This document shows positions 9,594-18,457 of a DNA stretch of 64,000 nt, one piece after another (the stretch's first letter is position 1; each line of letters starts with the position of its first letter). The translations under genes were made by a program, and so were the position numbers. Below the pieces are notes generated by a model. The model saw only the letters and a program-made list of their open reading frames with translations, searched no databases and was not told the DNA's origin. Location: positions 1-64,000 of the IMG/VR virus record IMGVR_UViG_3300023199_000204; one strand, given 5' to 3'.

Positions 9594-10963
9594 CCGGACA
9601 ATGGCACGGTAGTGATGTTATGGCTGGCTTTGCCAAAATAGCTGCCGAATCTGGGCTCATTACCTCAGATTTTAATCCGGATAATAAAGATTTCCTTGGA
9701 AATCCAAGTGAAAAAACTCCGGTGAAAGATAAAACAAGGTATGAGCCAACAGAAGATTATAATAATAGATATAATAAAGAGGGTGAAAAGCTTATAGATA
9801 AAGCACATCCTAAAAATGTGGAAGTGGCCGACGCGATGGGCAAAGGTGGTCTCGTTGAAAACGAGAACCAGAGGCAAGAAAAAGATATTGAAGTGGCAAC
9901 AAGAATGCCAAGTGGAGCATTATTTGGAATTCACGCAGATTTAATTAATGATTTGGTAAAACTTGCTAACAAGCTAGATGATGTTGGAAATTATAAAGCA
10001 GCAAGTTTAGTTGATAAAACCATTAGGGAGGTTCGCGGTCTCCCTTTTGATAAAGGCCACTCCATACAGAAAGAAGCAGCTCTATTTGGTCTTGTAGCAC
10101 TAGTTGCTGGTTTAGCACTTCCTTGGATTGCGACAAAACTAAAATTTAGATCTCCTTATGCTAGAAAATCAGGATTAACAGGAAAGCTTGGTTGGATAAG
10201 TGCTGGTGTAGGACTACTTAACCTATTTGGATCTAAACTTACAAGTATCAAAGAAAATCTAAATACTGATTTACAAGATTTATATGATGTTTTGGAAAAA
10301 CTAGATACACCCTCTTCAAAAAAAGCTATAATGATATTAAAGCCACATTTAAATAAGTTTTCAAAAATTAATTTAAGCACAAAAGAGGGTGCGGCCCAGT
10401 TTTTAAATAACTTTCATAAACTAAGTCAGGCTTATCCACAGGTAGAGGCATTAATTAATAATATTATTATTGAATATCAAAGTAATTGGTTTGATAAGTT
10501 AAAAGGATATGTTGGAATGGATGTATTATCCAGATTTAAGGAAAAATATTCAGATTTTAAGACAACATATAAAGAGACACAAGCTTTGGTTAATAAAACT
10601 TTAAAGGTCGGTGGAAAATTAAACCGCAAAGCTATCTCTCTAGGGGGAGCAGCTTCTGGGACCAAACCTTTTTCTCCTAAAGTTATAAGTGATAAACCAA
10701 TTTACAGACTACAGAGATTATTATTTGAAAGTGGATTTAGAGGAAAGAAATGGGAAGGAAAAATTAGTGGAGAATTGGATCAGGCTACTGTAACTGCTGC
10801 CAAAGAACTGGAAAGTCTTTTAAACGCAGCAATGTCGAAAATGCTTAAAAAGAATAATAAAGACCCAGATTTTTTCAACAACTCTATTATAAAAGATGGA
10901 AAGTTAGTAGGCAATGTTAATTCTTTATATAAAGTTATTCAAATTGCTGAAAATATATCATAA
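9590..10963 (+). CDS. Putative internal/ejection protein (paralogous segment with 5559; TM-like helices; PG-binding-like C-terminus)
   Basis: GEKLIDKAHP...GGLVE...LVKLANKLDDVGNYKAASLVDKTI; KEAA followed by hydrophobic LFGLVALVAGLALPW. Confidence 0.55.
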   Translation: MTGQWHGSDVMAGFAKIAAESGLITSDFNPDNKDFLGNPSEKTPVKDKTRYEPTEDYNNRYNKEGEKLIDKAHPKNVEVADAMGKGGLVENENQRQEKDIEVATRMPSGALFGIHADLINDLVKLANKLDDVGNYKAASLVDKTIREVRGLPFDKGHSIQKEAALFGLVALVAGLALPWIATKLKFRSPYARKSGLTGKLGWISAGVGLLNLFGSKLTSIKENLNTDLQDLYDVLEKLDTPSSKKAIMILKPHLNKFSKINLSTKEGAAQFLNNFHKLSQAYPQVEALINNIIIEYQSNWFDKLKGYVGMDVLSRFKEKYSDFKTTYKETQALVNKTLKVGGKLNRKAISLGGAASGTKPFSPKVISDKPIYRLQRLLFESGFRGKKWEGKISGELDQATVTAAKELESLLNAAMSKMLKKNNKDPDFFNNSIIKDGKLVGNVNSLYKVIQIAENIS

Positions 10964-10964
10964 A

Positions 10965-10985
10965 CTACTAATATTTTATTATAAT
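10965..10985 (+). promoter_or_regulatory. Candidate late promoter CTACTAAT-N7-TATAAT
   Basis: The same motif with the same spacing recurs in other intergenic gaps (18426, 19027, 27424, 46438). Confidence 0.65.
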
Positions 10986-11061
10986 TTACGAAATCTCGAA
11001 TAATAACGGGATATAACGATCAAAGATACAATATAAATATATTTCTTTGGAGGAAATAAAA

Positions 11062-11703
11062 ATGGCATTATACATCTACCAATCGGGCAATGAGCCCCTA
11101 GGTCAATTTGACGTTCTTGACTCATACCAGAGCAGCATTCTTGGTGGTGAGATTGGAACAGTATATGAGGCATCCAGAACTGTAACTGCTTCAGAAAAAG
11201 CCGCATACGACGTTCTTGACGGCTACACTAACACTACTGACGTAACTCGTGCTGGTGTTGCTAATAGAGTTAATACTAATGGACAGCGTCCACTATGGCT
11301 TCTTGATGAAGGAACTACAGGATATGGAACTCTTTTTGGTCAGGTAATTGGAACTCCTACAGGTCTTAGCACCTCTGGAACCAACCTTGGCCCACACACT
11401 TCTGCCGCAAGTGGTAAAGTCACCTGCTGGAATAAACCAGGTCTTTATGCAGTATCACTAGATGCTGTAAATACTGCTTCTGACGGAATTGTTCTTTCAA
11501 ACGTTTCTATGGATCCAGGTTTAGCATTACAACCGCTTAACAACGGTAAGCTAACCCCAACTGGTTCTTCAGGTGCTGTAAACGTAACTGTTGGACACTT
11601 CGTAGAGTTTGAAACTTCACCATTCTTGGTGACAACTCCACCTTCACTAGTTGGAGCCGCTGAAGCAGCAGAGAGAGCTGTATTTAACTTTTTAGCACTG
11701 TAA
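11062..11703 (+). CDS. Capsid decoration/cement-like protein 2
   Basis: Start moved to ATG 11062 (GGAGG RBS). Directly upstream of the major capsid gene; high-expression-type codon usage; paralogous to 3393. Confidence 0.6.
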   Translation: MALYIYQSGNEPLGQFDVLDSYQSSILGGEIGTVYEASRTVTASEKAAYDVLDGYTNTTDVTRAGVANRVNTNGQRPLWLLDEGTTGYGTLFGQVIGTPTGLSTSGTNLGPHTSAASGKVTCWNKPGLYAVSLDAVNTASDGIVLSNVSMDPGLALQPLNNGKLTPTGSSGAVNVTVGHFVEFETSPFLVTTPPSLVGAAEAAERAVFNFLAL

Positions 11704-11726
11704 TTTAAGAGAATAAGAGGATAATA

Positions 11727-11749
11727 TGGGGAGTTTAATAAACTCCCCA
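11727..11749 (+). promoter_or_regulatory. Intergenic hairpin upstream of the major capsid gene (possible mRNA stabiliser or processing site)
   Basis: TGGGGAGTTT-AAT-AAACTCCCCA with no U-tract. Confidence 0.55.
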
Positions 11750-11790
11750 AATCCTAAAAAAATTTTTTCACATAGGAGGACAAAGATACT

Positions 11791-12822
11791 ATGTCTTTAT
11801 TTAGTACACATGGAAAGGGAGGCGAGCTTAATGTTGGTTCAACTCGCGATGCCCTTCAACAAATTGTAAAATATGCAACTATTTTAGAAGATTTGCAGCC
11901 AGCAAATACTGCTTTGGCTCAGAGACCCTCATTTTCTGATCAACAGAGAGATGAGCTAGTAAAAAGAGCACTTTTAACCACAGAGGGCAAAATTGCTTTA
12001 GGTCAGGCAATGGCTAACCCCATTAGAAAGAACCTTGATTATCAAGGGGTAGGAAGAAGAGTTCTTGTTGTAGACCCGTTACCACAGGGAGCACTCCCAG
12101 TTTACGAGCGTGACATTGATGTTGCTGCTACTGTTGTTTCAAGCAATGGTTCAGCACCTGAGAGTCGCGTATTCGGTGACAGGGTAACTATTCCTGAGTT
12201 TGAAGTTGTTTCAAACCCGACAGTAAGAATTGCTGAAGTTCGCAGACGTAGATTCAACGTCATTGACCGTGCCCAGCAGAAAGCTCGCCAAGAAATCCAG
12301 GCTCAAGAGGATGCCAACATCTTCTCAGCTCTTGATTTCGCAGCTGACTCAACTCTTGGTGGTGAAAACACTGCTCAGGACATTGCGGACGCTGGTCTTC
12401 TAAAGCGCGACCTTTCTGAAATTAAGGTTCAGGTTGATCGTTGGGACCTTGTAACCACAAAATTCCTTATGAATATCGTTGAATACAATGATATCCTAAA
12501 CTGGGCAACTGGTGGCGGACAAGGAACTGGTGGTGGCGAGGTTGATCCTGTCACTATGCGTGAAATCCTACAGACTGGTCTTTATGCCCATCTTTGGGGT
12601 GCTGACATCATCGTTTCAAAGGTTGTTCCTCAGGGAACTGTCTTCGGTGTTGCCGATCCTGAGTTTATTGGTGTAATGCCTGTAAGACAGGATATTGAAG
12701 TACTTCCTGCAGACGAGCCTAAACAGTTAAAACTTGGCTGGGTAGTAAACGAAATTATTGGTGTTGGCATTGTCAACTCCCGTGGTTGTGCTGTTGGTCG
12801 TAAATCAGTAGCTGTTGGCTAA
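11791..12822 (+). CDS. Major capsid protein (HK97-like fold)
   Basis: 343 aa; PIRKNLDYQGVGRR.LVVDPLPQG.LP.Y, A.QEIQAQED..IF, G.YAHLWGADIIVS..VP.G and LGWVVNE.IG motifs typical of large-phage capsid proteins; strongly biased codons; followed by a terminator. Confidence 0.85.
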   Translation: MSLFSTHGKGGELNVGSTRDALQQIVKYATILEDLQPANTALAQRPSFSDQQRDELVKRALLTTEGKIALGQAMANPIRKNLDYQGVGRRVLVVDPLPQGALPVYERDIDVAATVVSSNGSAPESRVFGDRVTIPEFEVVSNPTVRIAEVRRRRFNVIDRAQQKARQEIQAQEDANIFSALDFAADSTLGGENTAQDIADAGLLKRDLSEIKVQVDRWDLVTTKFLMNIVEYNDILNWATGGGQGTGGGEVDPVTMREILQTGLYAHLWGADIIVSKVVPQGTVFGVADPEFIGVMPVRQDIEVLPADEPKQLKLGWVVNEIIGVGIVNSRGCAVGRKSVAVG

Positions 12823-12848
12823 ACTTAAAACTTAATAACTAATTAAAG

Positions 12849-12884
12849 GATAAAGGGGCTTTGTTCCCCTTTATCTTTTTTTTT
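12849..12884 (+). terminator. Rho-independent terminator after the major capsid gene
   Basis: GATAAAGGGG / CCCCTTTATC stem followed by T9. Confidence 0.9.
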
Positions 12885-12930
12885 GTCGATAAGAGCGACC
12901 CACACCAAATATAACTCGTTAGGAGGTTGG

Positions 12931-13899
12931 GTGATGGGGAAAAGATTATTTACGAAAAGGGAATTATTAAGAAAATTGGTGGAATTTTCTAAAAAGGTAA
13001 ATAAGAGTAGAATTTCAAAAACCGATTTAGACAAAGATAAAGCATTTCCATCTTCGGCAACATATAAGAGATATTTTGGTAGTTGGAGCAATGCTTTAAA
13101 GTTAGCTAAATTAAAATCTGGAATAATTACTGGAAGACCACAGGATAAGGAGATAATAATTCCAGACAAAGCGTTAGATATAATAAATGGAGAATTATTA
13201 GGTGATGGCTCAATGCCTTTAGGCGGGGAATATAAAAGCAATGCTTATTTTGAGCATTCAACAGCGAATATAGATTATGGAAAATATTTATATAATAAGC
13301 TTAAAAATTATGTTCCATTATTAAATTCCTCATATTGCCCTAAAAGAAATAAGAGATGTAATATTCAATTTAGAACAAGAAGTAGGGTTAATATTGCTTG
13401 GACTAAAATTAGAAACAAATGGTATATTAATGGAAAAAAAATAATACCAAATGATTTAATTCTCACAAAAGAGGTTTGTCTTCATTGGTATTTAGGTGAC
13501 GGATACAGTGAGGATAAGACTTGTAAATTTTCTACTTGTGGATTTACTAAAAAAGAGAACGAAAAATTATGCGAACTATTGTTAAACATTGGCTTTAAAT
13601 CAAACATTAATAAAAGAAGCGGTGGTTATTATATTATAAGAATGAGAAGAAGCAGTTCATTTAAATTTTTAGATTGGTTAGGTCCTTGTCCAGCGAAAGG
13701 ATATGAGCATAGATGGAATATTGGAGAAAAATCCAAGTTATTAACTAAAAAAGATTTAGAAACAGCATTTAAGAAATTTAATAAATCGGTTACAAGAAAA
13801 GAGTTTGATGCTGATAAAGATGTTCCTTCGTCTATAACAGCTATTAGATTATTTGGAAGTTGGAATAAGGCAAAGGAATTTTATTATGAAAATAAGTGA
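12931..13899 (+). CDS. LAGLIDADG endonuclease flanked by homing-endonuclease-associated (PS...FGSW) repeats
   Basis: GELLGDGS and HWYLGDGY motifs; PSSATYKRYFGSW and PSSITAIRLFGSW repeats; AGGAGG RBS before GTG/ATG at 12931/12934. Confidence 0.8.
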   Translation: MMGKRLFTKRELLRKLVEFSKKVNKSRISKTDLDKDKAFPSSATYKRYFGSWSNALKLAKLKSGIITGRPQDKEIIIPDKALDIINGELLGDGSMPLGGEYKSNAYFEHSTANIDYGKYLYNKLKNYVPLLNSSYCPKRNKRCNIQFRTRSRVNIAWTKIRNKWYINGKKIIPNDLILTKEVCLHWYLGDGYSEDKTCKFSTCGFTKKENEKLCELLLNIGFKSNINKRSGGYYIIRMRRSSSFKFLDWLGPCPAKGYEHRWNIGEKSKLLTKKDLETAFKKFNKSVTRKEFDADKDVPSSITAIRLFGSWNKAKEFYYENK

Positions 13900-15024
13900 T
13901 AAGGAATTGATGTTAGACCTAATGAGGGTTAAAAACATTGTTAATAAAATTCCAAGTCAAGCAGATTATATAAAATATGGAAAATATTCCAAAAACACTT
14001 ATATTTCACGAAAACCCTGGTCTAAATGGAACGAGAGTTTGTTTTTATTTTCTAACACCAACAATCTTAATGAAGTTAAAAAGATATCAAATGATGATTT
14101 AATATCTAATTTAAAAAAGCTATATATTAAATTAGGTCGTGTTCCCAAAAAAGACGATTTAAGGATAAGTGAAGGTTCATTATATAGTATGAATGCTTAT
14201 CGCAGGGCATTTGGAGATTTGGCGACAGCTCTAACTTCTGCTAATTTAAAACCAAATTAAATAAAAGGGATTCAAAAGGATGAAATAATAAAAGATATTA
14301 AAAATGTATATTCTTCTTTGGGCACAACACCAAGTTTTAGAATATAGGAAGCTTTCAAAAATAGGATATAGTTTTCCAACAATAAGAGAAAGGTTTGGAT
14401 CTTGGACCAAAGCTTTAATTGCGTCAGGCATCCCAATAATAAACGCAGGAAAAGCTAATAAAGAGTTTATTCTTATTGAGCTAAATAAATGGTATAATAA
14501 AAATAATAATGATGTTAATTGCTTATCTTATTGGACTTTAAGGAAGGCAAAAGCTGCCCGAGAATTTATATTCAGCCCTAGAACAATTAAAAATAATTTT
14601 GATGGAATGTCTTGGGAAGATATAATGAAGAAAATAGATATTAATTATGAAACTCAAGACCCGTTTGTTAAAAAAATATTGTTATATTGGAAAAGATAAT
14701 AATATATATGTTTCTTTGCTTGAATTAAAGACAGGTAATCATTTATTTTATCTAGTAAATAATAACAAGATAAAAGATTACGAATATGAAGCAAAAGTTT
14801 GTAAAGAAAAAAGCTGGACCTGTGATTTTTTAATATTTTGTAATTCTGGAAATAAGGTTTGGTTGGAAATTGACGGAATGAGAAAAAATAGAAAATATCC
14901 ATATTTATTAGGAGAAAATAACAAAATTGAATATTATAAAATTAACAATTTTGATTATGCTATTTTATCTTATAATAACAGGGATTTAATAAAATCTATT
15001 AATTCACTTTTAGGAGTAATATGA
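13886..15024 (+). pseudogene. Disrupted endonuclease: homing-endonuclease-associated repeats plus a PD-(D/E)xK-like C-terminus
   Basis: In-frame TAA at 14258 with sense continuing (IKGIQKDEIIKDIKNVYSSLGTTPS), a frameshift at T4 14335-14338 and another at A7 14670-14676; C-terminal CDFLI..WLEIDG. Confidence 0.7.
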
Positions 15025-15773
15025 CTTTTATAGACAGATATAGTTGGAAATGCTTACTTGGTCCTCAATCAAAAGACATTAAAGAAAATAAATTACTATC
15101 AACTTGGAGGGTTAGAAATAAAACTCATATAGTTTTATTTGAGCCGTTAGAGGATACTAATATATTAGAGAACTATATTCCATTAAGTTTTTATTATATT
15201 GAATTAGAAGATTTAAATAAAATAAAAAAAGTATATAAGGTAAAATCTACGAAAGTAAATACTACCTGTATAGATTTAACAAAAATAGATGATTTGAAAA
15301 AAAGAAAATATAAAAGTTTGAGAAGAAAAATTAATTCTTGTAAAGAGTATAATTTAGAAATATTAGATGATTATAAATCCATAAATGATTTATATGAGAT
15401 GATTAAGATATGGAATGCTGATAGTGGTGATAAATATTTTAGGAATTTCTCTGGTAAAAACAAATATTTTTATTCTTCTGGGTTTCACAAAGATTGTATT
15501 AATTCATTTTGTTATGATAAGGGTAAATTAGTAGCATTTGGGTCTTTATCTCCAAATAATAATGGAAATTCATCATTTATAATTGGAAAAGCATTAAATT
15601 ACAAATATAACGGTTTATCTGAATTTTTAGATTTTTCATTATATAAGAAAGCTATAAGGCAAGGAGTTAAAGTAGTTAACCTCGGGGCAAGTTATTCCAC
15701 TGGAATTAAAAACTATAAAAATAAGTGGTTTGGTTCATTTGAAAAGTTTTGTTATGAAGGAAAGATATTATGA
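15021..15773 (+). CDS. DUF2156/Fem-like GNAT-fold transferase
   Basis: LRRKIN..; GKA..KYNGLSEFL....GVKVVNLG...GIKNYKNKW resembles the C-terminus of aminoacyl-tRNA-dependent GNAT transferases. Confidence 0.5.
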   Translation: MTFIDRYSWKCLLGPQSKDIKENKLLSTWRVRNKTHIVLFEPLEDTNILENYIPLSFYYIELEDLNKIKKVYKVKSTKVNTTCIDLTKIDDLKKRKYKSLRRKINSCKEYNLEILDDYKSINDLYEMIKIWNADSGDKYFRNFSGKNKYFYSSGFHKDCINSFCYDKGKLVAFGSLSPNNNGNSSFIIGKALNYKYNGLSEFLDFSLYKKAIRQGVKVVNLGASYSTGIKNYKNKWFGSFEKFCYEGKIL

Positions 15774-15837
15774 GCGACTTTAATAAAAAATGTAGCTGTT
15801 GTGGAGATTTTTATAATACAAGGGGAAGTAAAGGCAA

Positions 15838-18351
15838 GTGAGAAAAAAAACAACGGCTGAGTTTATAAGCGATGCGATAAAAGTTCATAAAGGTAAATAT
15901 GATTATAGTAAAACAAATTATATTTCATGTAAAAATAAAGTGGAAATAATTTGCTCTATTCACGGAGAGTTTTTTCAAACAGCGAGCGACCATCTATCAG
16001 GGCATGGTTGTAAAAAATGTAAATTCGATAAATTAAATAAATTAAGAAAGGTAAATTTAAAAGAATTTCTTGAAAGAGCAAGAAAATCTCATAACAATTT
16101 TTATGATTATTCTCTAATAGAGAAAATATATGATTGTAATAATGATAAGTTAAAAATTATATGTCCCATACACAGAATATTTTATCAAACGGCATCTTCA
16201 CATATGTCAGGAATAGGATGTAAAGAATGCTATTATGATAATGTTAGAAAAAATCCTCCAAATCCTACTATTACTTTTGATGAATTTTTAGAAAGAGCAA
16301 AAAAGATATTTAGAAATAAATATAAGTATAAAAACTATGAAAATATTTCTTCAAAAATAACAATAATTTGTCCTATACATGGAGAATATGAGCAATTACC
16401 ATATAGTCATTTAAAAAGTAAAGGATGTGTTAAATGTAGAGGAACTGTAAATAATCTTAAAGTATTTATTAGCAAGGCAAATAATATACATAATTTTAGA
16501 TATGATTATAGCAAATCAGCTTATTCTGGAAATGAAGAGTTAATAACAATAATTTGCCCTATACATGGTGAATTTGAACAGATAGCGAGAACTCATTTAA
16601 GTGGCTCAGGATGTAGATTTTGTTATGGAAAACGTAAAAAAACTACTAAAAAATTTATAAAAGAAGTAATGGAAGTTCATGGGAACAAATATGATTACAG
16701 TAAAGTAGATTATCAAAATTGGAAAACAAAAGTTAAAATAATATGCCCTACTCACGGAGAATTTTTCCAAAGGGCTCGACTTCATCTAAAAGGAGCTAAT
16801 TGTCCCAGATGTGCTAATTCTTTTAGAAAGACTACCAAAGAGTTTGTTAAAGAAGTAATGGAAGTTCATGGAAATACATATAATTATAGTAAAACAAAAT
16901 ATATAAATTCTTATACTAAAATAATAATTATATGTTCTACTCACGGAGAATTTAAACAGAACCCAAGAGTTCATTTAAGGGGATCAGGTTGTAGAATTTG
17001 TAATTTATTTAAGGTTTCTAAAATATCTCAAGATTGGCTTGATAATTTCAAAGGAATAGAAAAAGAGGTTCCTATTACCGTTGGTAAAAATAGATTTATA
17101 GTTGATGGATTTAATAAAAATACAAATACTATATATGAGTTTGATGGAGACTTTTGGCATGGAAATCCAGATGTTTTTAACCTTAATGATAAAAATAAAA
17201 CTGCCAAAATGACTTTTAAAAAGCTTAATGAAAAGACATTAAGAAAAAGAAATGTCTTAATTAATGCTGGTTATAATCTTTTATATATATGGGAAAATGA
17301 TTGGAATAAAATTAAAGGAAGTAAAATGGAAAAATATAATAACGCAATTGAAGTGGATGGAAATAAATTAACAAAAAAATATATAGAGAGTTTAGATGAC
17401 AAACAAAGAGAAAAATTAATAGCCCCTATTTTTCATTATTTTAGAATTAATGGCTTTCAATATCCCGATGATGAGAATAAAATAAAAAAAGATTATAAAA
17501 GGCTTAAAGAAAAAGAATTTGATAAAAATATTACTGAATTATATAATAACGCAAGTTTAGCTACTTATATTTGTAAATATTTTTGTAAAAGTTTTTATAA
17601 AACTACAAGTAGAGGAAAACCACATATGATTGATGTTTTTAATGATGATAAATTATTAAGAAAAGTTATTAAAAATAGATTGGGTTTAAATTGGTATAAA
17701 CAAAAAGGAGAAGATGATGTAGAGGCTTTTACGATTTCATTTAAGCAAATAATCCAAGGAATTCGTTCTAGTAGGCTAGTTCCTATGATTTCTATGTTTA
17801 AGCCTAGCATCGCAAAGTTCATATATCAAAAATATAGTAATTATGGAGATACTATTCTAGATTACTCTGCTGGTTTTGGCGGAAGAATGCTTGGTGCTTC
17901 TGTTTTAGATAGAAGATATATCGGAATAGATCCACTAACTTCTTTTGAAATTAATGATATTATCAAATATCTTCAAATTGAAAACTGTTATTTAATAAAA
18001 GGCATTTCTGAAGAAATATATTTAAAGCATAATTCCATAGATCTATCTTTTTCAAGCCCTCCTTACTATGATCTTGAATATTATTCTAACGATAATACTC
18101 AGGCATATAATAAAGGTGAGAATTATTTTTATAATGTATATTGGAGAAAAACATTAGAAAACTCCTATAAAATGCTTAAAAAGGGAAAAATTTTCGCTGT
18201 AAATGTAAAAGACCAGCCAAAAATGGTTGAAATGGCTGGTGATTTTTTCACATATAAGGAAAAAATTGGCTTGAGAACCATAAGATCTCATCTGAACAAA
18301 AAAAATATAGATCCTACCAAATATGAATATATCTACATATTCGAAAAATAA
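15838..18351 (+). CDS. Fusion of DUF723-like repeats and a Vsr/DUF559-like nuclease with an amino (N4C/N6A) DNA methyltransferase
   Basis: Six YDYS..ICPxHGEF.Q...H..G.GC repeats; YEFDGDFWHG and IWENDW; then ILDYSAGFGGR (motif I) and SPPYY (motif IV). Internal AAGGA RBS plus in-frame ATG at 17326. Confidence 0.8.
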   Translation: MRKKTTAEFISDAIKVHKGKYDYSKTNYISCKNKVEIICSIHGEFFQTASDHLSGHGCKKCKFDKLNKLRKVNLKEFLERARKSHNNFYDYSLIEKIYDCNNDKLKIICPIHRIFYQTASSHMSGIGCKECYYDNVRKNPPNPTITFDEFLERAKKIFRNKYKYKNYENISSKITIICPIHGEYEQLPYSHLKSKGCVKCRGTVNNLKVFISKANNIHNFRYDYSKSAYSGNEELITIICPIHGEFEQIARTHLSGSGCRFCYGKRKKTTKKFIKEVMEVHGNKYDYSKVDYQNWKTKVKIICPTHGEFFQRARLHLKGANCPRCANSFRKTTKEFVKEVMEVHGNTYNYSKTKYINSYTKIIIICSTHGEFKQNPRVHLRGSGCRICNLFKVSKISQDWLDNFKGIEKEVPITVGKNRFIVDGFNKNTNTIYEFDGDFWHGNPDVFNLNDKNKTAKMTFKKLNEKTLRKRNVLINAGYNLLYIWENDWNKIKGSKMEKYNNAIEVDGNKLTKKYIESLDDKQREKLIAPIFHYFRINGFQYPDDENKIKKDYKRLKEKEFDKNITELYNNASLATYICKYFCKSFYKTTSRGKPHMIDVFNDDKLLRKVIKNRLGLNWYKQKGEDDVEAFTISFKQIIQGIRSSRLVPMISMFKPSIAKFIYQKYSNYGDTILDYSAGFGGRMLGASVLDRRYIGIDPLTSFEINDIIKYLQIENCYLIKGISEEIYLKHNSIDLSFSSPPYYDLEYYSNDNTQAYNKGENYFYNVYWRKTLENSYKMLKKGKIFAVNVKDQPKMVEMAGDFFTYKEKIGLRTIRSHLNKKNIDPTKYEYIYIFEK

Positions 18352-18425
18352 CCCACCCCGCCTAAATCTACCTACCAATCACTTATCCATTATCTTTTCT
18401 TTCCAAATATACTAATTAATAACAA

Positions 18426-18446
18426 TTACTAATAGATAGTTATTTC
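18426..18446 (+). promoter_or_regulatory. Candidate late promoter TTACTAAT-N7-TATTTC
   Basis: Matches the recurrent motif; directly upstream of GGAGG and ATG 18458. Confidence 0.55.
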
Positions 18447-18457
18447 GGAGGAAAAAG

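Noticed and set aside
9578-9595. -1 frameshift at the A9 run fusing 8664 to 9590
   Set aside because: It is possible in principle, but an ATGA overlap with a good GAGGTG RBS explains it as ordinary translational coupling.
2860-13510. GDGY in LAGLIDADG proteins and IDGYWG in 5559 as DGY tags
   Set aside because: These belong to the catalytic LAGLIDADG motif and the PG-binding DG.WG motif and were excluded from the count.
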